DNA of 64,000 nucleotides, taken from positions 62,001 through 126,000 of the forward strand of contig NW_024704810.1 in assembly GCF_018977255.1 (NCBI RefSeq), written 5' to 3'. A model generated the notes under the pieces. That model was not told where the DNA came from. It searched no databases and saw only the letters and a list, made by a program, of their open reading frames with translations. Both the position numbers and the translations under genes were made by a program. Source of the stretch: Callorhinchus milii (lineage: Eukaryota). Below are positions 1 through 12,781 of the stretch, piece after piece. The first letter of the stretch is position 1. Each line of letters opens with the position of its first letter.

Positions 1-344
1 ACCCTCGTTCTGCATTCCCCCATCACCAGAAGAAACAGTGCCTCTATAAATAGAGGCAATAGTTTGTGATAAACAATAAAATTGGGACTTGTTTCTTTTT
101 GACGTTATCTTATTTATTAAAGCAACATAGACAGAAACGTGCATTTGGCAGCGCTGCCCAGAAAGCAAGCAATTTTTAAATATTACTGGATGATAAACAG
201 ACTACAGTTAATAACAATAATAACAATAATAGGTGCATTTGATATACATCTGACGTATGTGTGCAATAAGAAAAGTTGAAAAATGTCCCAGAATGCAAGA
301 CATTTTTAATTATTACTGATGATAACATGACTACAGTTAATAAC

Positions 345-718
345 AACAATAATAATAGTTGCATTTGATATAGCGCCATATCACATCTTCGAGACGCCAC
401 TCAGTGCTTCATTCAATATGCAGTAAACGAATTGACTGCATATTGTGAGGGCGAAGCACGGCAGCAAATTGTAATTATCGGTGACTCATTGGATGAAGTG
501 ACCAAATTATTATTAACACTGTTATTCAGAAGGAATTATTGCCTCTGAAAAATCGATACTCCAACTGATTAACAACCTGCTGCCTATTTACTGCTGGTAA
601 CCAGAGACTAGTGTGTGGAATAAGGAAAGTTGCGCAATGATTCGTTCTGCAGGTCATTGAACCAACGTCTATCGCTTGTGAGGCGAGTGCTGTAACCACT
701 GAGCCACAGGACCCCACA
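345..718 (-). mobile_element. Diverged tRNA-derived SINE starting ~7 nt 3' of the V1 nonamer
   Basis: Head GGGGTCCTGTGGCTCAGTGG..GGTTCAAT, a Deu-like core, and tail ..GCGCTATATCAAATGCAAC(TAT)n. Confidence 0.75.
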
Positions 719-722
719 TGGC

Positions 723-761
723 TGTTTTTGTAGGGCGGATCCGCTGATCTGTGCCTCTGTG
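723..761 (-). other. 23-RSS of V1
   Basis: Heptamer CACAGAG (761-755), 23-nt spacer, nonamer ACAAAAACA (731-723). Confidence 0.93.
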
Positions 762-1610
762 GGGCTCAGTGCACAGTAATACCCCGCGGAGTCTGTAACT
801 CTCACTTGCAATATATTTAATGGGACGGTTCTCTCCGCTTTAGACACATTCGTTGAGAAACGTTCTTCTGCAAAGTCCGCGCCGTCCTTGATCCTGTTGT
901 TGGTGTCTGTGCTAAGGATATATTCTGGAGATTTGTTGGGAAAGTGACGGTACCAGAACAGATAGGTATTGTATTCGCTTGTAGCTGTATAATTGCACTG
1001 CAGGTAAACATCCTCCCCTTCAGTCACTGTCACAGTAGATTGGAGCTGTGTTACAGCGTCTCCTCCACAATGTCCTGGAAACCAGACCCATATCAGCGAT
1101 CAATACCATAACCACAATCATAATACAAATTATTGCTTTTCATACAGCGCCATACTGCATCATTGCGTCTCCAAATGCTTCATAGAATATTCTGAGAAAG
1201 TGTATTGTGTGGGCGACACGTGGCAGCAAATTGCGCACAGCATTTTCCTAATAAAAGTTCATGGATTGACTGATAGCATTGTTATCACTGGTACCCGTTA
1301 AGAGATTATTAACAACGAAAACTGATCCGACGATCGACCAACGAACGGGTACCTACATATCTCGATGTAAAAAGTGGTGCGTGTGTGGAGGAAGGAAACT
1401 TGCCTGAGGTTTCGCTATGTCCAAGCCGGGAACTAAACCCAAGTCAACACGTTTGCTGCAGGAATGCATGAGTCGTGTACCGTATTGGTTATGTAATGCA
1501 AAAATATATATTCATTGGATAATATGCACATGAAGCAGACTAATAGAGCGAGTTTGTCGCTTACCTGACAAGGTAATGATCACTGCTACCACATAGACAT
1601 ACATTTTCAT
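762..1610 (-). CDS. TRAV: TCR alpha/delta-type V segment V1 (subgroup A); leader exon 1565-1610, V exon 762-1074
   Basis: Leader MKMYVYVVAVIITLS+G ends at a phase-1 gtaag donor. Acceptor ttccag precedes GHCGGDAVTQ..LQCNY..LFWYRH..DSAGYYCALS, with the canonical Ig-V Cys/Trp/Cys. A 23-RSS follows directly. Alpha versus delta assignment is inferred from the YYCAL end. Confidence 0.92.
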
Positions 1611-1779
1611 ATGTATTAATGTCACGGGACGTTGTGAAAGCGTTGATGGTGCAGTTGGAGAAAGTTGGCTGCGGGAAAGTAAGGTACCGTGAGGAGAGCT
1701 GAACAGGAAATAACATACAGAATTTGTCAAACACTGTGAGGGAGCAGTTCTGAAGGTTATGTACAACCTTGAGTCTCTG

Positions 1780-1850
1780 TCGTTGTGCGTCACCTTCTCT
1801 GCTCTGCCATCTCACTCATCCAATGGTTCTCTTCCATCAGTGACATGTCT
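1780..1850 (-). promoter_or_regulatory. V1 promoter module (CRE-like TGACGCA)
   Basis: Block conserved upstream of all four subgroup-A leaders. TGACGCA at 1792-1786. CRE-like elements are typical of TCR V promoters. Confidence 0.55.
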
Positions 1851-2294
1851 TTGTTGAGCAGTGTGTCTGCACACAGTTACACCCATATTCCAGTTCACGA
1901 AAACACATACATCAGTTCCACATATTTTTGCCATTTTGGCATGTAAATGTGCCTATGGAAACGAATTTTCTCTTTCTACATCGCGAAACGCATAGTGTTT
2001 GCTTAATTTAACAGATTACTGGGTGCTGACAGGCAAGAGACAAGGCTTGGCGAGGTATATCTACTTTGGGCTATATTCTGGTGCATTAGTTCTCTTTTGT
2101 TTTTATGTTCAGCCACTGTCTGCTGGCAGGAAGAAGCGTTTCTTCCCCTAGCTTGCAAAACGACTGCTTAATCCCATGTACAACAAGACAGCACAGCCTG
2201 TTTACACCACTCTCCTTGTTATCATTGTATAACCGCATCAGTTTGTTGGAAGCAACAAATAAAATGTGTGAGCGGAAGTCATGACTTTCTGCTG

Positions 2295-2333
2295 AGTTTT
2301 TGTACGGGGTATGTGCCTTCCTGTAACAGTGTG
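2295..2333 (-). other. 23-RSS of V2
   Basis: CACACTG, 23 nt, ACAAAAACT. Confidence 0.9.
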
Positions 2334-3112
2334 GGGTCCAGGGCACAGTAATACACAGCGCTGTCACCCACAACAGCCCCGAGTATCTGCAGCTTAATTA
2401 CTTTATTCTCCTTGATCAGCTCAGCAGTGAAACGTTCAGGTAGATCAGGAGATTTAGATACCTTTCCAGAGGTAAATATCCTGAGCGCGTATTGAGGAGC
2501 TCCGCCGGGGTTTTGCCTGTACCAGAAGACAGTATCCAGTCTTGAAATATTGCAGTTTAGTATCACGTCTTGCCCTTCAATTTCTGTTTTCTCGCGAGGA
2601 TATTGGGATACAACATCTTGCCCGCTAACTTCTGCAAAATCAATAACAACACATTTTTCCGAGCAACTTAAAATTTGCTTTTATCCATTTTATATTGCAC
2701 GTTATCACACGGTTCAGACGTCTCAAAGAAACCACAGAATATGGTGTAAAGTGAATTAATTATATTTTTGAGCGAAACTTAGCAGACAGTTGAATTCAGC
2801 AGAATTACACCGATATTATTGGTAATTGATTGATAATTTATTGGGTTATTAACCTAGGAAAGCGATCGGGGAATCGACTATCAATCTGCTTCCTACTTAC
2901 TGCTGGGGAAACAGATTCGTGAGGTGGAAGCAAACTCGCTGAAAGGTTTCATTACCCGGCAACCGAACTCGGGTTTACTCGCCGGTGAGGCGACCACTCT
3001 GAAACGTAAGCTTCGGAAAGTTTATGATGTAAAAATCATGCGCTGGGCATGTCCACACATACTTACTGGCTATGGTGAAGATTGCTATCAGTAACTGGCA
3101 GAGAGCTGTCAT
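2334..3112 (-). CDS. TRAV: TCR alpha/delta-type V segment V2 (subgroup B); leader exon 3067-3112, V exon 2334-2631
   Basis: Leader MTALCQLLIAIFTIA with gtaagt donor. V exon VSGQDVVSQYP..ILNCN..VFWYRQ..DSAVYYCALD is open and followed by a 23-RSS. Confidence 0.92.
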
Positions 3113-4701
3113 GTTGGCTGCTGACGTGTGGACAGATAATGGGATCTCTTCCTTTGTATATCGCTGTGTTGCTGCTTCAGTGACAAGTTGTGAGGCAGCG
3201 GCTGATCTGACGTGTTGAATGGTTTATTTTTTACAACTGTAGGCGTTTCCCACTAACCAGAGGAACTTGAACTTGATCTGATGGTGATTGGGAGCCAATG
3301 GGTCTGGGCTTGGATGGGAACATTGACAAACTTTTCATCCAATGTCATTTCCCTTACGATGTATTGTGTGAACCGCTTTGCCATGTCTGTAAGATGTGAT
3401 CAGTCACTACATCAAATGAAAACTTTATTTTTATTTTAAACTTTATTATTAAACTGAATGCATTCATGAAGTTGATGAATGCTTGAGACATGCAGCAGAG
3501 CCTTGAAGGGATAAAGGTTTACGTTCTGACATCAAGGCTGAGGTGACAACATTTCTCTGTTGATGTTACTTTCTCCTGTGAGGATCACGAAGTTGATCTG
3601 CCGCGGATTGGAGTCGAGAGGTTCTGGGCCAGGATGTGAGCAGTCGCGTTTTACCCACTCGCAATATTGTTTTAAAATATATTCTTTGAAGCGCTTTCAG
3701 ACTCCTCCTTGACGCAATATGGTTCCAGATCAAATGCTCATTTTTATTTTCATTATTGATCTGAATGCATTCACTTGGTTGGTTTTGAACCAAGCAGCCC
3801 AGCTTTAGAAAAAAGTTTACTTTCTATCATCGTGGCTGAGGTGAAAATCTGCCTCTGTTACTGGTACTTGCTTTTATGCGTCTGAATGTTGTTGGTTTTG
3901 GACCCAGTTCGGCAGTTTCATCTCACAGGCGATACGAGATAATTCTTGAATTCTTAAATTAAATTAAAATAGTTCGGTTGTAATCTCTTTTTCAAGCTAA
4001 ACAAATATAAAGGACTGCATAGATCTTAACGAAAATTTACATATTTATTACCGAAGTGAGATCCACTTAAGGATGGCTGCTTGTGTTGGACAAAGACAAC
4101 ACCTATAAAAAGTGAAGCAAATAATGTTTCCTGAGCAACCGAAGTTTTGTGATCATAATGCTTCAAAGTTTTTACACTTCAGCTGAAGTAGCAACAGTGC
4201 ATATCAGGAAACTATGTCAAATGTAAGAGGAAGCACCTGTTATTGCTGCCAAGGATGTTAGTTACAGAAAGGAACGTGAGAAGTTATGTCAGTCGCTGCT
4301 CATGTTATGTGTGTCTTTAGTGCGACTTCTGCTGTTGGATTGGAGCTACAGCACATGTATATTTGGAGACAGTTGATAGCAAATTGATTTCGGCCCGTCA
4401 TAACCTTCCCGTTACGAATGTCGCTACGTAAATGAAAGTTAATATTTCTTANTTTTTTCCGACTTGTTCAATTAGCAGAGGAAGACTACCATGTGCAGAT
4501 CTCCGCAGAATGCAAAATATATGAAGTTATTTATGTGAAAATAACATGATCGTACTTAATAATAATAAGTATCGTTGCATTTAATACAGTGCAAAATCAG
4601 TTCTTCGAAACGCCACAAAATACTTTGCCGTGAATTGAACCCCCGTATCTTGCTTGCTTGGTTGATTTCGAGGCGAGTGCTATAAACATTTAGCTACAGG
4701 C

Positions 4702-4740
4702 AGTTCTTGTAGGGCAGAATCGCTGATCTGTGCCTCTGTG
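4702..4740 (-). other. 23-RSS of V3
   Basis: CACAGAG, 23 nt, ACAAGAACT. Confidence 0.88.
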
Positions 4741-5881
4741 GGGCTCAGTGCACAGTAATACCCCGCGGACTCTGTAACTCTCACTTGCGATATATTTAAT
4801 GGGACGGTTCTCTCCCCTTTAGACACATTCGTGGAGAAACGTCCTTTTGCGAAGTCCGCGTGGTCCGGGAACTTGTTGCTGCTGTCTGTTCTTAGGATAT
4901 ATTCTGGAGCTTTATTGGGATAGTGACGGTACCAGAACAGATAGGGATCGCTGGTGCTTGTAGCTGTATAATTGCACTGCATATAAACATTTTCCCCTTC
5001 ATTCACTGTCAGAGTAGATTGCAGCTGTGTCACAGAATCTCCTCCACAATGTCCTGGGAAAGAAAAACACATCAGCGTTGATAAGCAATAATAAAAATAA
5101 TAATAATATCATGAATAATTATTGGATTTGATATAGCCCCTAATCACATGGTTGCGGTGTCTGCAAATGGTGCACATAATACACTTTTACTTTGTAATTT
5201 GTGGGCGACACGTGGCAGTTAATTGCGCACAGCATTCACCCACAAACAGTAATGGAATGATTGACAGCATTTTTATTGTTAATATAAGTATACATTTTTT
5301 TGAAGGATTATTTACAAACGAAATATATTCCAACAATCGATTAACAAACGTGTATCTACTGACTTCTGGGCAAACAGAGTGTGTGTTTGTGGTGTAAGGT
5401 AACTTGCATAGGGTTTCGCCCTGTCTCGCCCGGGAATCGAAACCAGGTCATCTCGCTGACGAGACCAGTTCCTTGTCCGCTGAGCTAGAATTCTCCATGA
5501 GGCAGGTAGCTTATTGGTTATTTTATACAATAAACATAGGAACATACGAACATAGAAATCAGGAACAGGAGTAGGCCCGTCGGACTCTCCAGCCTGCCTA
5601 GCCATTCAATAATATCATGACTGATCTTCTAACCTAACTCCATCTGGACTCCTGATCCCCATATCCCTTAAACCCTCTATCCTTTAGAAATCTATCAATC
5701 TCAGTCTTGAATCTGCAGATGGACTGAGCACCTACAGCCTTCTATTGTAGGGAATTTCACAAATTCCATAAATAAAGCATAAGCATTTGATAATATGTAC
5801 AGGAAACAGGCTGATAGAGTTAGTTTATCGCTTACCTGATAAGACAATGATGGTTGCTACCACATAGATATACATTATCAT
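4741..5881 (-). CDS. TRAV: TCR alpha/delta-type V segment V3 (subgroup A); leader exon 5836-5881, V exon 4741-5053
   Basis: Leader MIMYIYVVATIIVLS+G with gtaag donor. V exon GHCGGDSVTQ..MQCNY..WYRH..GYYCALS is open. The intron carries SINE and CR1 fragments. Confidence 0.92.
5541..5770 (-). mobile_element. CR1 LINE 3' fragment in the V3 intron
   Basis: Homologous to the 3' end of the CR1 at 36914-37425 (ccattcaat..atcatg.ctgatcttct..). Confidence 0.7.
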
Positions 5882-6044
5882 ATATACTTAATCTCACAGG
5901 GCGTTGAGGGAACGTTGATGGTGCAGTTGGAGAATGTTGGCTGGGAGAGAGTAAGATACGGTGAGGAGTACTAAACAGGAATAACCTAGAGAAGTTACTC
6001 TACACTGTGAGGGAGAGGGTCTGAGGGTTACGTACAAATCTTGT

Positions 6045-6110
6045 GTCTCTGCGTCATTTTCTCTGCTCTGCCGTATCGCTCCTCCATTGGTTCTCTTCCA
6101 TCACTAATAT
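6045..6110 (-). promoter_or_regulatory. V3 promoter module (TGACGCA + CCAAT)
   Basis: TGACGCA at 6056-6050 and CCAAT at 6090-6086; same layout as V5 and V8. Confidence 0.55.
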
Positions 6111-7184
6111 GTTTTTGTTCAATCGGATGTCTGAAACCTGTAGCAAGATACACCCATATGTAAGTTCATCAAACGCTCATAAATGAGTTCACATATATGT
6201 ACATTGAGTAGAGTTCTGTAGCTCACGGATTAAAGCCATCGCCCCAAGCGAGAGATATCTGTTCGATTCCTGACATTGTCAACTGTTGGTCAAATTTCCT
6301 TACTCCACACTCAACACTGTTAACAGCGCAGTAAGTAGGAATCTGGTAGTTAGGTAGATTGCTGGTTTACTTTCTGGGTATAAATATCCTGTTTCGCCTT
6401 CAAAATGCACAGCCAATATAATTTAGAGAATATTCTGTGAAGCACATTGAGACATCTCAGAGGCGAAATTATTCGCTCTATTCAATGTCAAGGTTTATTG
6501 TAATACAGATAATCAAAAGAAGGCAGGACGGTGTATTCAGTGGAAGCCACTGAGTGTGTGCAGATGGCAAGACAATGACCTAATGTGTGTTGGCTTCACA
6601 TCCCCGGGGGCAGCTGTCAATTTGGTAACGAAGTGAAACGAGGCGTTGAGAGGGTTCAAAGCGAAAGGGTAGGAGCCACGTTTCGTGAGCAGTTTCTCAG
6701 CTTTCTCACCCCCAATTAGTTGAGAGTTTTCTTCTTGCCACTCTCCGCTCAAGGGTTGTGGGTTACTGCAGTTTGGGAACAAATCCCAAGTTTCTTAGCA
6801 TAATTCATTTCTACAAGTTACTGCGTTGTACGATTTATTTCGATGAATGATACTTCACAGATTCACATTTATTTTTCTTAACCGGTGTGTCACACATGTG
6901 AGGACACCCATCACCGTTCTTTTGAATGACCAAACCAACCTGTGAGTTATAATAATTGCCCTTGCGTTTGATATCAAGCCTTATCAATTACCGAGGAGTC
7001 TATAAGTTCTTCACAGTGTACAGAGTATCGCCAGTGTATTTTGTGGACAATACCTGGCAGCTAAGTGCGCACAGCAGCGTCTCACAAACAGTCTTTGATC
7101 GAGTGATGAACATTTCTAATCGACGAAAAGCGATCATCCAAACGCCTGTCACGCGGGCTCAGATTTCCGGATCAGTAAATCAAT

Positions 7185-7572
7185 AAAAATGACAATAAAC
7201 CTTGCATTTGATACAGCTCCTGATCTCGTCTTCGAAATATTACACAGCGTTTTATAGGTTGTACACACAGTGTATATAGGTTATAAGTGAATTGATTGCG
7301 TTTGCTATGGGATAATTGCAGCAGCCGATTGCGCGCAACCGGATCCCACAAACTGTTGTGGAATAAAGAAAATGTTTCTTTCCTGTTGAAACAATTCTTA
7401 CACTCTGAAAAGCGATCTGCCAGTAAACTAACAGCCATATTCCTACACAGTTCAACGTAAGCAGACGCATGAGGAGTTCGGAAACTTGCAAAACATTTTG
7501 ACCTGACGGAAACCGATCCCAGGCCCTCACGCTTGCGAGGCGAGTGCTCTAACCATTGAGTTGCAGTAAAAC
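7185..7572 (-). mobile_element. SINE abutting the V4 RSS nonamer
   Basis: Head ..CTCAATGGTTAGAGCACTCGCCTCGCAAGCG, with core and tail recognisable. Confidence 0.75.
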
Positions 7573-7577
7573 CAACA

Positions 7578-7616
7578 TGTTTTTGTACAGTTGCCTCTTA
7601 GACGCACAGCACTGTG
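7578..7616 (-). other. 23-RSS of V4
   Basis: CACAGTG, 23 nt, ACAAAAACA. Confidence 0.95.
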
Positions 7617-8078
7617 CCCTCCGCACAGAAGTAAGTGGCGGTGTCTGTCATTCGCACCTCAATGATTGTTAGAGTGCAGTTTCTCTGTTTTCGATTAATC
7701 AATGCTCTTTTCCTGTCCTTCACATTTATATCACTTTTTCCCAAAACCAAGAACCGAATGGAGCCGTTGCCATATTGTTCATACCACTGAAAGGCAGGAG
7801 TGGTCACAGTGGTACTGCAATCCATAGAAACATTTCCATTTTCATTCACTGTCACGGCCTGAGGTGTCTGTGAGACATCACTTGCGGCCAAGACACCTGG
7901 AAAGAAACCAAAATGAACATTCTTCGAAAGGATATCGGAAAATATCTGCCACGACAATTTGTAATTATTTAGGAGGAAAAAACAGAAGCATTTACTTGAA
8001 AACAATCATAATCTACTTACACTGTAGAAATAATATTATATTCAAAATAACATAATTTGCACTGTAATTATGCTTCAT
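7617..8078 (-). CDS. TCR alpha/delta-type V segment V4 (subgroup C, extra Cys); leader exon 8021-8078, V exon 7617-7896
   Basis: Leader MKHNYSANYVILNIILFLQ+T ends at a phase-1 gtaagt donor. V exon VLAASDVSQTP..MDCS..FQWYEQ..RNCTLTI..DTATYFCAE. Perfect heptamer. Confidence 0.85.
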
Positions 8079-10784
8079 TTTCAACTGCCGTCGATTCACT
8101 TCTGTATTTTCCGTTGATATGCAAAGATAAATTGGCGAAAGGTAGCGTCTGGTTGATAAGCGTTTTTTCATTTGAGGAGTTGTCTCTTATCCCCGCGTCA
8201 TTATCTTGTCTCTGTTCATTGCTGGAGGTGCAGTGCTACTCCTCCTACCGTTTATGTTTAGATTCCCTTCTCCTCGCTGTGGCCAACTATAGTAATGCGT
8301 GAAGAGTCAGTGTAGGCCGACCTTGTGACAAAGATTCAGGAAATATGCAAATAATAATAGCCATAATTCCTGCAATTGATATAGCGGCTTATCAGCTCTT
8401 CGATACGTCTTGAAATGATTTACAGAATATAAAATTAATTGACTGTAATTTGCGAGTGAAACTCGGCAGGAAGTTGCACACAATAGTGCCTCGCAAACAG
8501 TCATTGAGCGAATGACCAACTTATCACTTTTTTTACGGTGTTATTATCCTGGCAATCTGTGCGCTGTTCGACTAATAAGCGGGTTCCTATTTACTGTTCG
8601 GGTAAACAGAATCGTGTGGAGTAAGGAAATTTGCACAACATTTCGCAATGATGAGAACCGTATGCGTGTATCCTGCTTGCGAGGTCAGTGTTGTAACCAC
8701 ATACTTAAGGAACAAGATGTACTTTGGCGAAGAGCCAATATCTTTATAGATAAATATAAATATATTTATAGATCTTTGTAGACTTACAGGAATAGCGTAC
8801 GAAGACCTTTGTGATTAAGCGAATGAGCTCAAAAATTTCCTGGGTTCCCTTCAAACCAGGTTTAGGATATAAGGAACATATTTTCCAGTAATCGTGGAAG
8901 TAGAACAATCGGAGCATCCTGATAGCCCCTTACATTGTGTCGACTGAACATCTCCAATTTGTAGTAAATTTTGTTTTCGATACTCTACGTTTCGAGTATA
9001 TCTGTTGTTCAGAACGGAAAGTGTAAACCAAGCCATGGGATGCGGTTGGCGACCTTCTGAAAAAGATGAGAAGAGGTGTGCAGTAACATGATTTATTGAA
9101 CCACTTTTTACAGGATTTCAAGCCAGTGCTGTCTGGTCAGAGTATCAGCGCACGTGCGACACCAAGTGGTCAAACACTGCAATATATTTTTTACCCTGAA
9201 ACAGGAATAATAACATGAATGAAATATCAATATATTTTTTAATTATATAGTAATAAACTTATTAAATAGCTTAATAATCACGTTTAGTGTAGTTGCCTGA
9301 ACAAACAGTGAGGAGGGCAGAAGTTTTTTTTCATACGGCGAGTTGTTCTGATCCTGAATGCATTGCCTGAAAGAGTGGCAGAAGCCGATAATCTAACAAC
9401 TTTCAAGAGAGAATTGCTGTCCAGTAGAGAATATAATTTAACAGCGGCTGCTATTTGGGATAAGGGGAACAATATAGAATATGTGAGATAGAAATTGTTA
9501 CTTGAGCAACCTAAGCCTTGTGCTAATACTTTAGGCCAATATTTGTAAATTTCAATGGAAGCAGCAAACGTGTGCATACGTGCACTCTGTCAACTGCAAC
9601 AGGAATCACCTGTTACTGCTGCAAAGGAAGTCAGTTACAGAAAGCAACGTGACAAGTTATCTGTGTTGGAGCTCATGTTATATGTGTTCCTTTAGTGCGC
9701 CATCTGCTGGTGGATTGTAGCTACAGCACGTTTACATTTGGAGAGGTTTCACAGTATAATTGTTTTGGGTCCGTCTTTCCTTTGCTTGGTGGTACCTTCT
9801 ACACTGGAATTTTATACATTTGTCTCATTTCCCCGCTCGTTCCTCATATTTTGTGTTCTTCCGTGGAACATTCGATGACAATGTCTTTCACATTCGGTTC
9901 CTTTGACGTGCCAATGTGCTGACACTTGCTGCCCCACTTTCTCCCCCATTTTAATTCAATTCATTGCCTTTTTACTTGATCGATTATATTATTTGACTGA
10001 TCACTTAGCTGACTTAGAGCATTTTACAGCAGAGTAACAAAAAATTGGCATTTATGTAAGTCCGTTCAGATCACGAGGACGTCCCAAGGCAAATGTAGTC
10101 ACTAGGCTTAAAATAAAAATTAATCTTCATTCTTCTTCATCAAAATACACTATTTTTTTTTCTTTCTTTAGTGACTCGTGGAAAGCGCTAAATGCGAATA
10201 CGAGGATTCAGGTGACCTATCTTTCAACTCATATTTCCGACTTTTCCCCGTATTCTTTGAAATTCTGAGCTAAAATAAATGTATCCAACTCAGTCTGGAA
10301 AATATGAATGGATCCAACATTCCCAGATTCTTTGTGAAAATTTTCCATATTTCCTCAAATTGTTCGTAATTTTTAGTCTCCCAATTTCGCTGCTAAATGA
10401 CCTAAATCTAATGCACCCTCGTTCTGCATTCCCCCCATCACCAGAAGAAACAGTGCCTCTATAAATAGAGGCAATAGTTTGTGATAAACAATAAAATTGG
10501 GACTTGTTTCTTTTTGACGTTATCTTATTTATTAAAGCAACATAGACAGAAACGTGCATTTGGCAGCGCTGCCCAGAAAGCAAGCCATTTTTAAATATTA
10601 CTGGGATGATAACAAGACTACAGTTAATAACAATAATAACAATAATAGGTGCATTTGATATACATCTGACGTATGTGTGCAATAAGAAAAGTTGAAAAAT
10701 GTTTCGTTCTGCTGTGAATTGAACCAACGTCTCTCGCTTGTGAGGCGAGTGCTATAACCATTGAGCTGCAGGACCCCACATGGC

Positions 10785-10823
10785 AGTTTTTGGAGGGCGG
10801 AACCGCTGATCTGTGCCTCTGTG
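10785..10823 (-). other. 23-RSS of V5
   Basis: CACAGAG, 23 nt, CCAAAAACT. Confidence 0.88.
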
Positions 10824-11620
10824 GGGCTCAGTGCACAGTAATACCCCGCGGAGTCTGCAACTCTCACGTGGAGTATATTTAATGGGACGGTTTTCTCCGA
10901 TTTAGACACATTCGTTGAGAAGCGTTCTTTTGCAAAGTCCGCGTGGTCCTTGTTCCTGTTGTTGGTGGATGTTCTGAGGATATATTCTGGAGCTTTGTTG
11001 GTTAAGTGACGGTACCAGAACAGATAGTCAGAGCCGTCGCTTGCACCTGTATAATTACACTGCAGAGAAACATCCTCCCCTTCAGTCACTATCACAATAG
11101 ATTGGAGCTGTGTTACACCATCTCCTCCACAACGTCCTGGGAACCAGAAGTAGAATGATAACAGTAATAATAGCTATTCTTCTATTTGATATAGAGCTTT
11201 TTCATGTCGTTAACTTGTCACCAAACATTTCACAGAATATACTGTCTCTGTGCATTTTGGGGGCGAAACTTGTGACCGCATTTTTATTAGTAATTGTTTT
11301 TTTAAGGGATTATCAGTCCCGAAATGCAATCCATCGATCGGCTAAAGAAATGGCACCTACTTACTGCTTGGCAAAGAGTTACATGTGTGTGGAGTAAGCA
11401 AACTTTCCAAAGGTTTCACTGTGTCTCAACGGGGAACTGATAGCAATTCCACGTATTTGCGAGGCCGATTCGCTGTCCAGTAAGGTACGGAACTTTACGG
11501 ATCATTTCACCTGTTAGTTATATTTGTGCATTGGATAATACGGTCAGGAACCAGACTGATAGAGCGAGTTTATCGCTTACCTGACAAGGTAATGACCACT
11601 GCTACCACATAGATATACAT
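10824..11620 (-). CDS. TRAV: TCR alpha/delta-type V segment V5 (subgroup A); leader exon 11581-11620, V exon 10824-11136
   Basis: Leader MYIYVVAVVITLS+G with gtaag donor. V exon GRCGGDGVTQ..LQCNY..WYRH..GYYCALS is open. Confidence 0.92.
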
Positions 11621-11799
11621 CGCCGTATGTACTTAACGGCGCGGGGCGTTGAGAGAGCGTTGATGGTGTAGTTGGCGAATGGTTCCTGGGAGGCTATAAG
11701 ATATGGTGAGGAGGGCTGAACAGGAAACAACATACCGAAGTTAACATATGCTGTGAGGGAGCAGGTCTGAGGGTTATGTACAAACCTTGTGTCTGTGTC

Positions 11800-11865
11800 A
11801 TTGCACGTCATCTTCTCTGCTCTGCCATCTCGTTCCTCCATTGGTTCTCTTCCATCACTGAGATG
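11800..11865 (-). promoter_or_regulatory. V5 promoter module (TGACGTG + CCAAT)
   Basis: TGACGTG at 11810-11804 and CCAAT at 11844-11840. Confidence 0.55.
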
Positions 11866-12059
11866 TCTTCGTTCAGGCAGTTTTCTGACACCTGCAGCAA
11901 GTTACACACATATTTCACTTCATCTAAAACAATCGCATGAGTTCCACATCTCTGTGCCATCTGTGGATGACAATGTGCCTGTGGAAAGGAACTTGCTTTC
12001 TTCTTGGAAGGACATATCCAGATTAAATATCTTCGCAGATCCCTAGACAAAGACCGTCA

Positions 12060-12300
12060 AGGGTCTTGGGCATGTTTCCTTACTCCATACGCTTTATAGT
12101 ATTCCTTCCAAAACAATAATAAATAGATCATTTTCCATCAACGACTGTTTGTGGGACACTGCAGTGCGCAATTGGCTGCTACGTTTCGCCCACAAATATA
12201 CGGCCAATTCACATTACACTATAATCTGTGAAGCGCTTTGGGAAATTTAGAAGACGGGAAAAGCGCTATATCGAATGCAATGATTATTTATTATTATTAG
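12060..12300 (+). mobile_element. SINE (5'-truncated), representative of ~15 further diverged fragments in V introns and spacers
   Basis: Core ctgtttgtgggacac..gcgcaattggctgc and tail aaaagcgctatatcgaatgcaatgattatt. Similar minus-strand fragments lie at ~1100-1470, 2690-2990, 5100-5500, 8350-8710, 11150-11470, 13960-14110, 14640-14860, 15280-15640, 16980-17188 and 17570-17930. Confidence 0.75.
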
Positions 12301-12742
12301 AATCAATAAGACACTGATTCTGATTTAAGTACTTTAAATTTTCGTTTCTTGTTAATATCAAGGATTGGTATGCGATCTTTTTCGTTGCAGGAATAAGATA
12401 AAATTCTCTCCAGAAACTGCAATATATAAACATTTCTGTTTATATAATAATAATCCTTGCCTTCAATATAGCACATAATCATGCATTCGAGATGTGTCGA
12501 TGCGCTTCACAGTATATAATAATCATTATGATAATCATTCCATTCAATATATAACCTGATCACGTGATCGAGACGTCTGAAATCGCCTCCCAAGATATCA
12601 CGTAATATGAATTGGTTCGATATTTGTTGGGCGCAGTGTGGCGGCAAATTTACCCCGAAGTTAAGAGGCAGAAACTAAGTGGCAGTGAGTGCTGAGCAGT
12701 TACTGTGATGAACAGGAGGGGAATTGCTGACTGATCACTGGA

Positions 12743-12781
12743 GGTTTGTGTGCGGCCTCTCCATGTGATTGTCTCACTGTG
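12743..12781 (-). other. 23-RSS of V6
   Basis: CACAGTG, 23 nt, ACACAAACC. Confidence 0.93.

Noticed and set aside
176-400. Poly-Leu signal-peptide-like ORFs (also the tail of ORF 10598-11095)
   Set aside because: They are the (TAT/TTA)n tails of SINEs.
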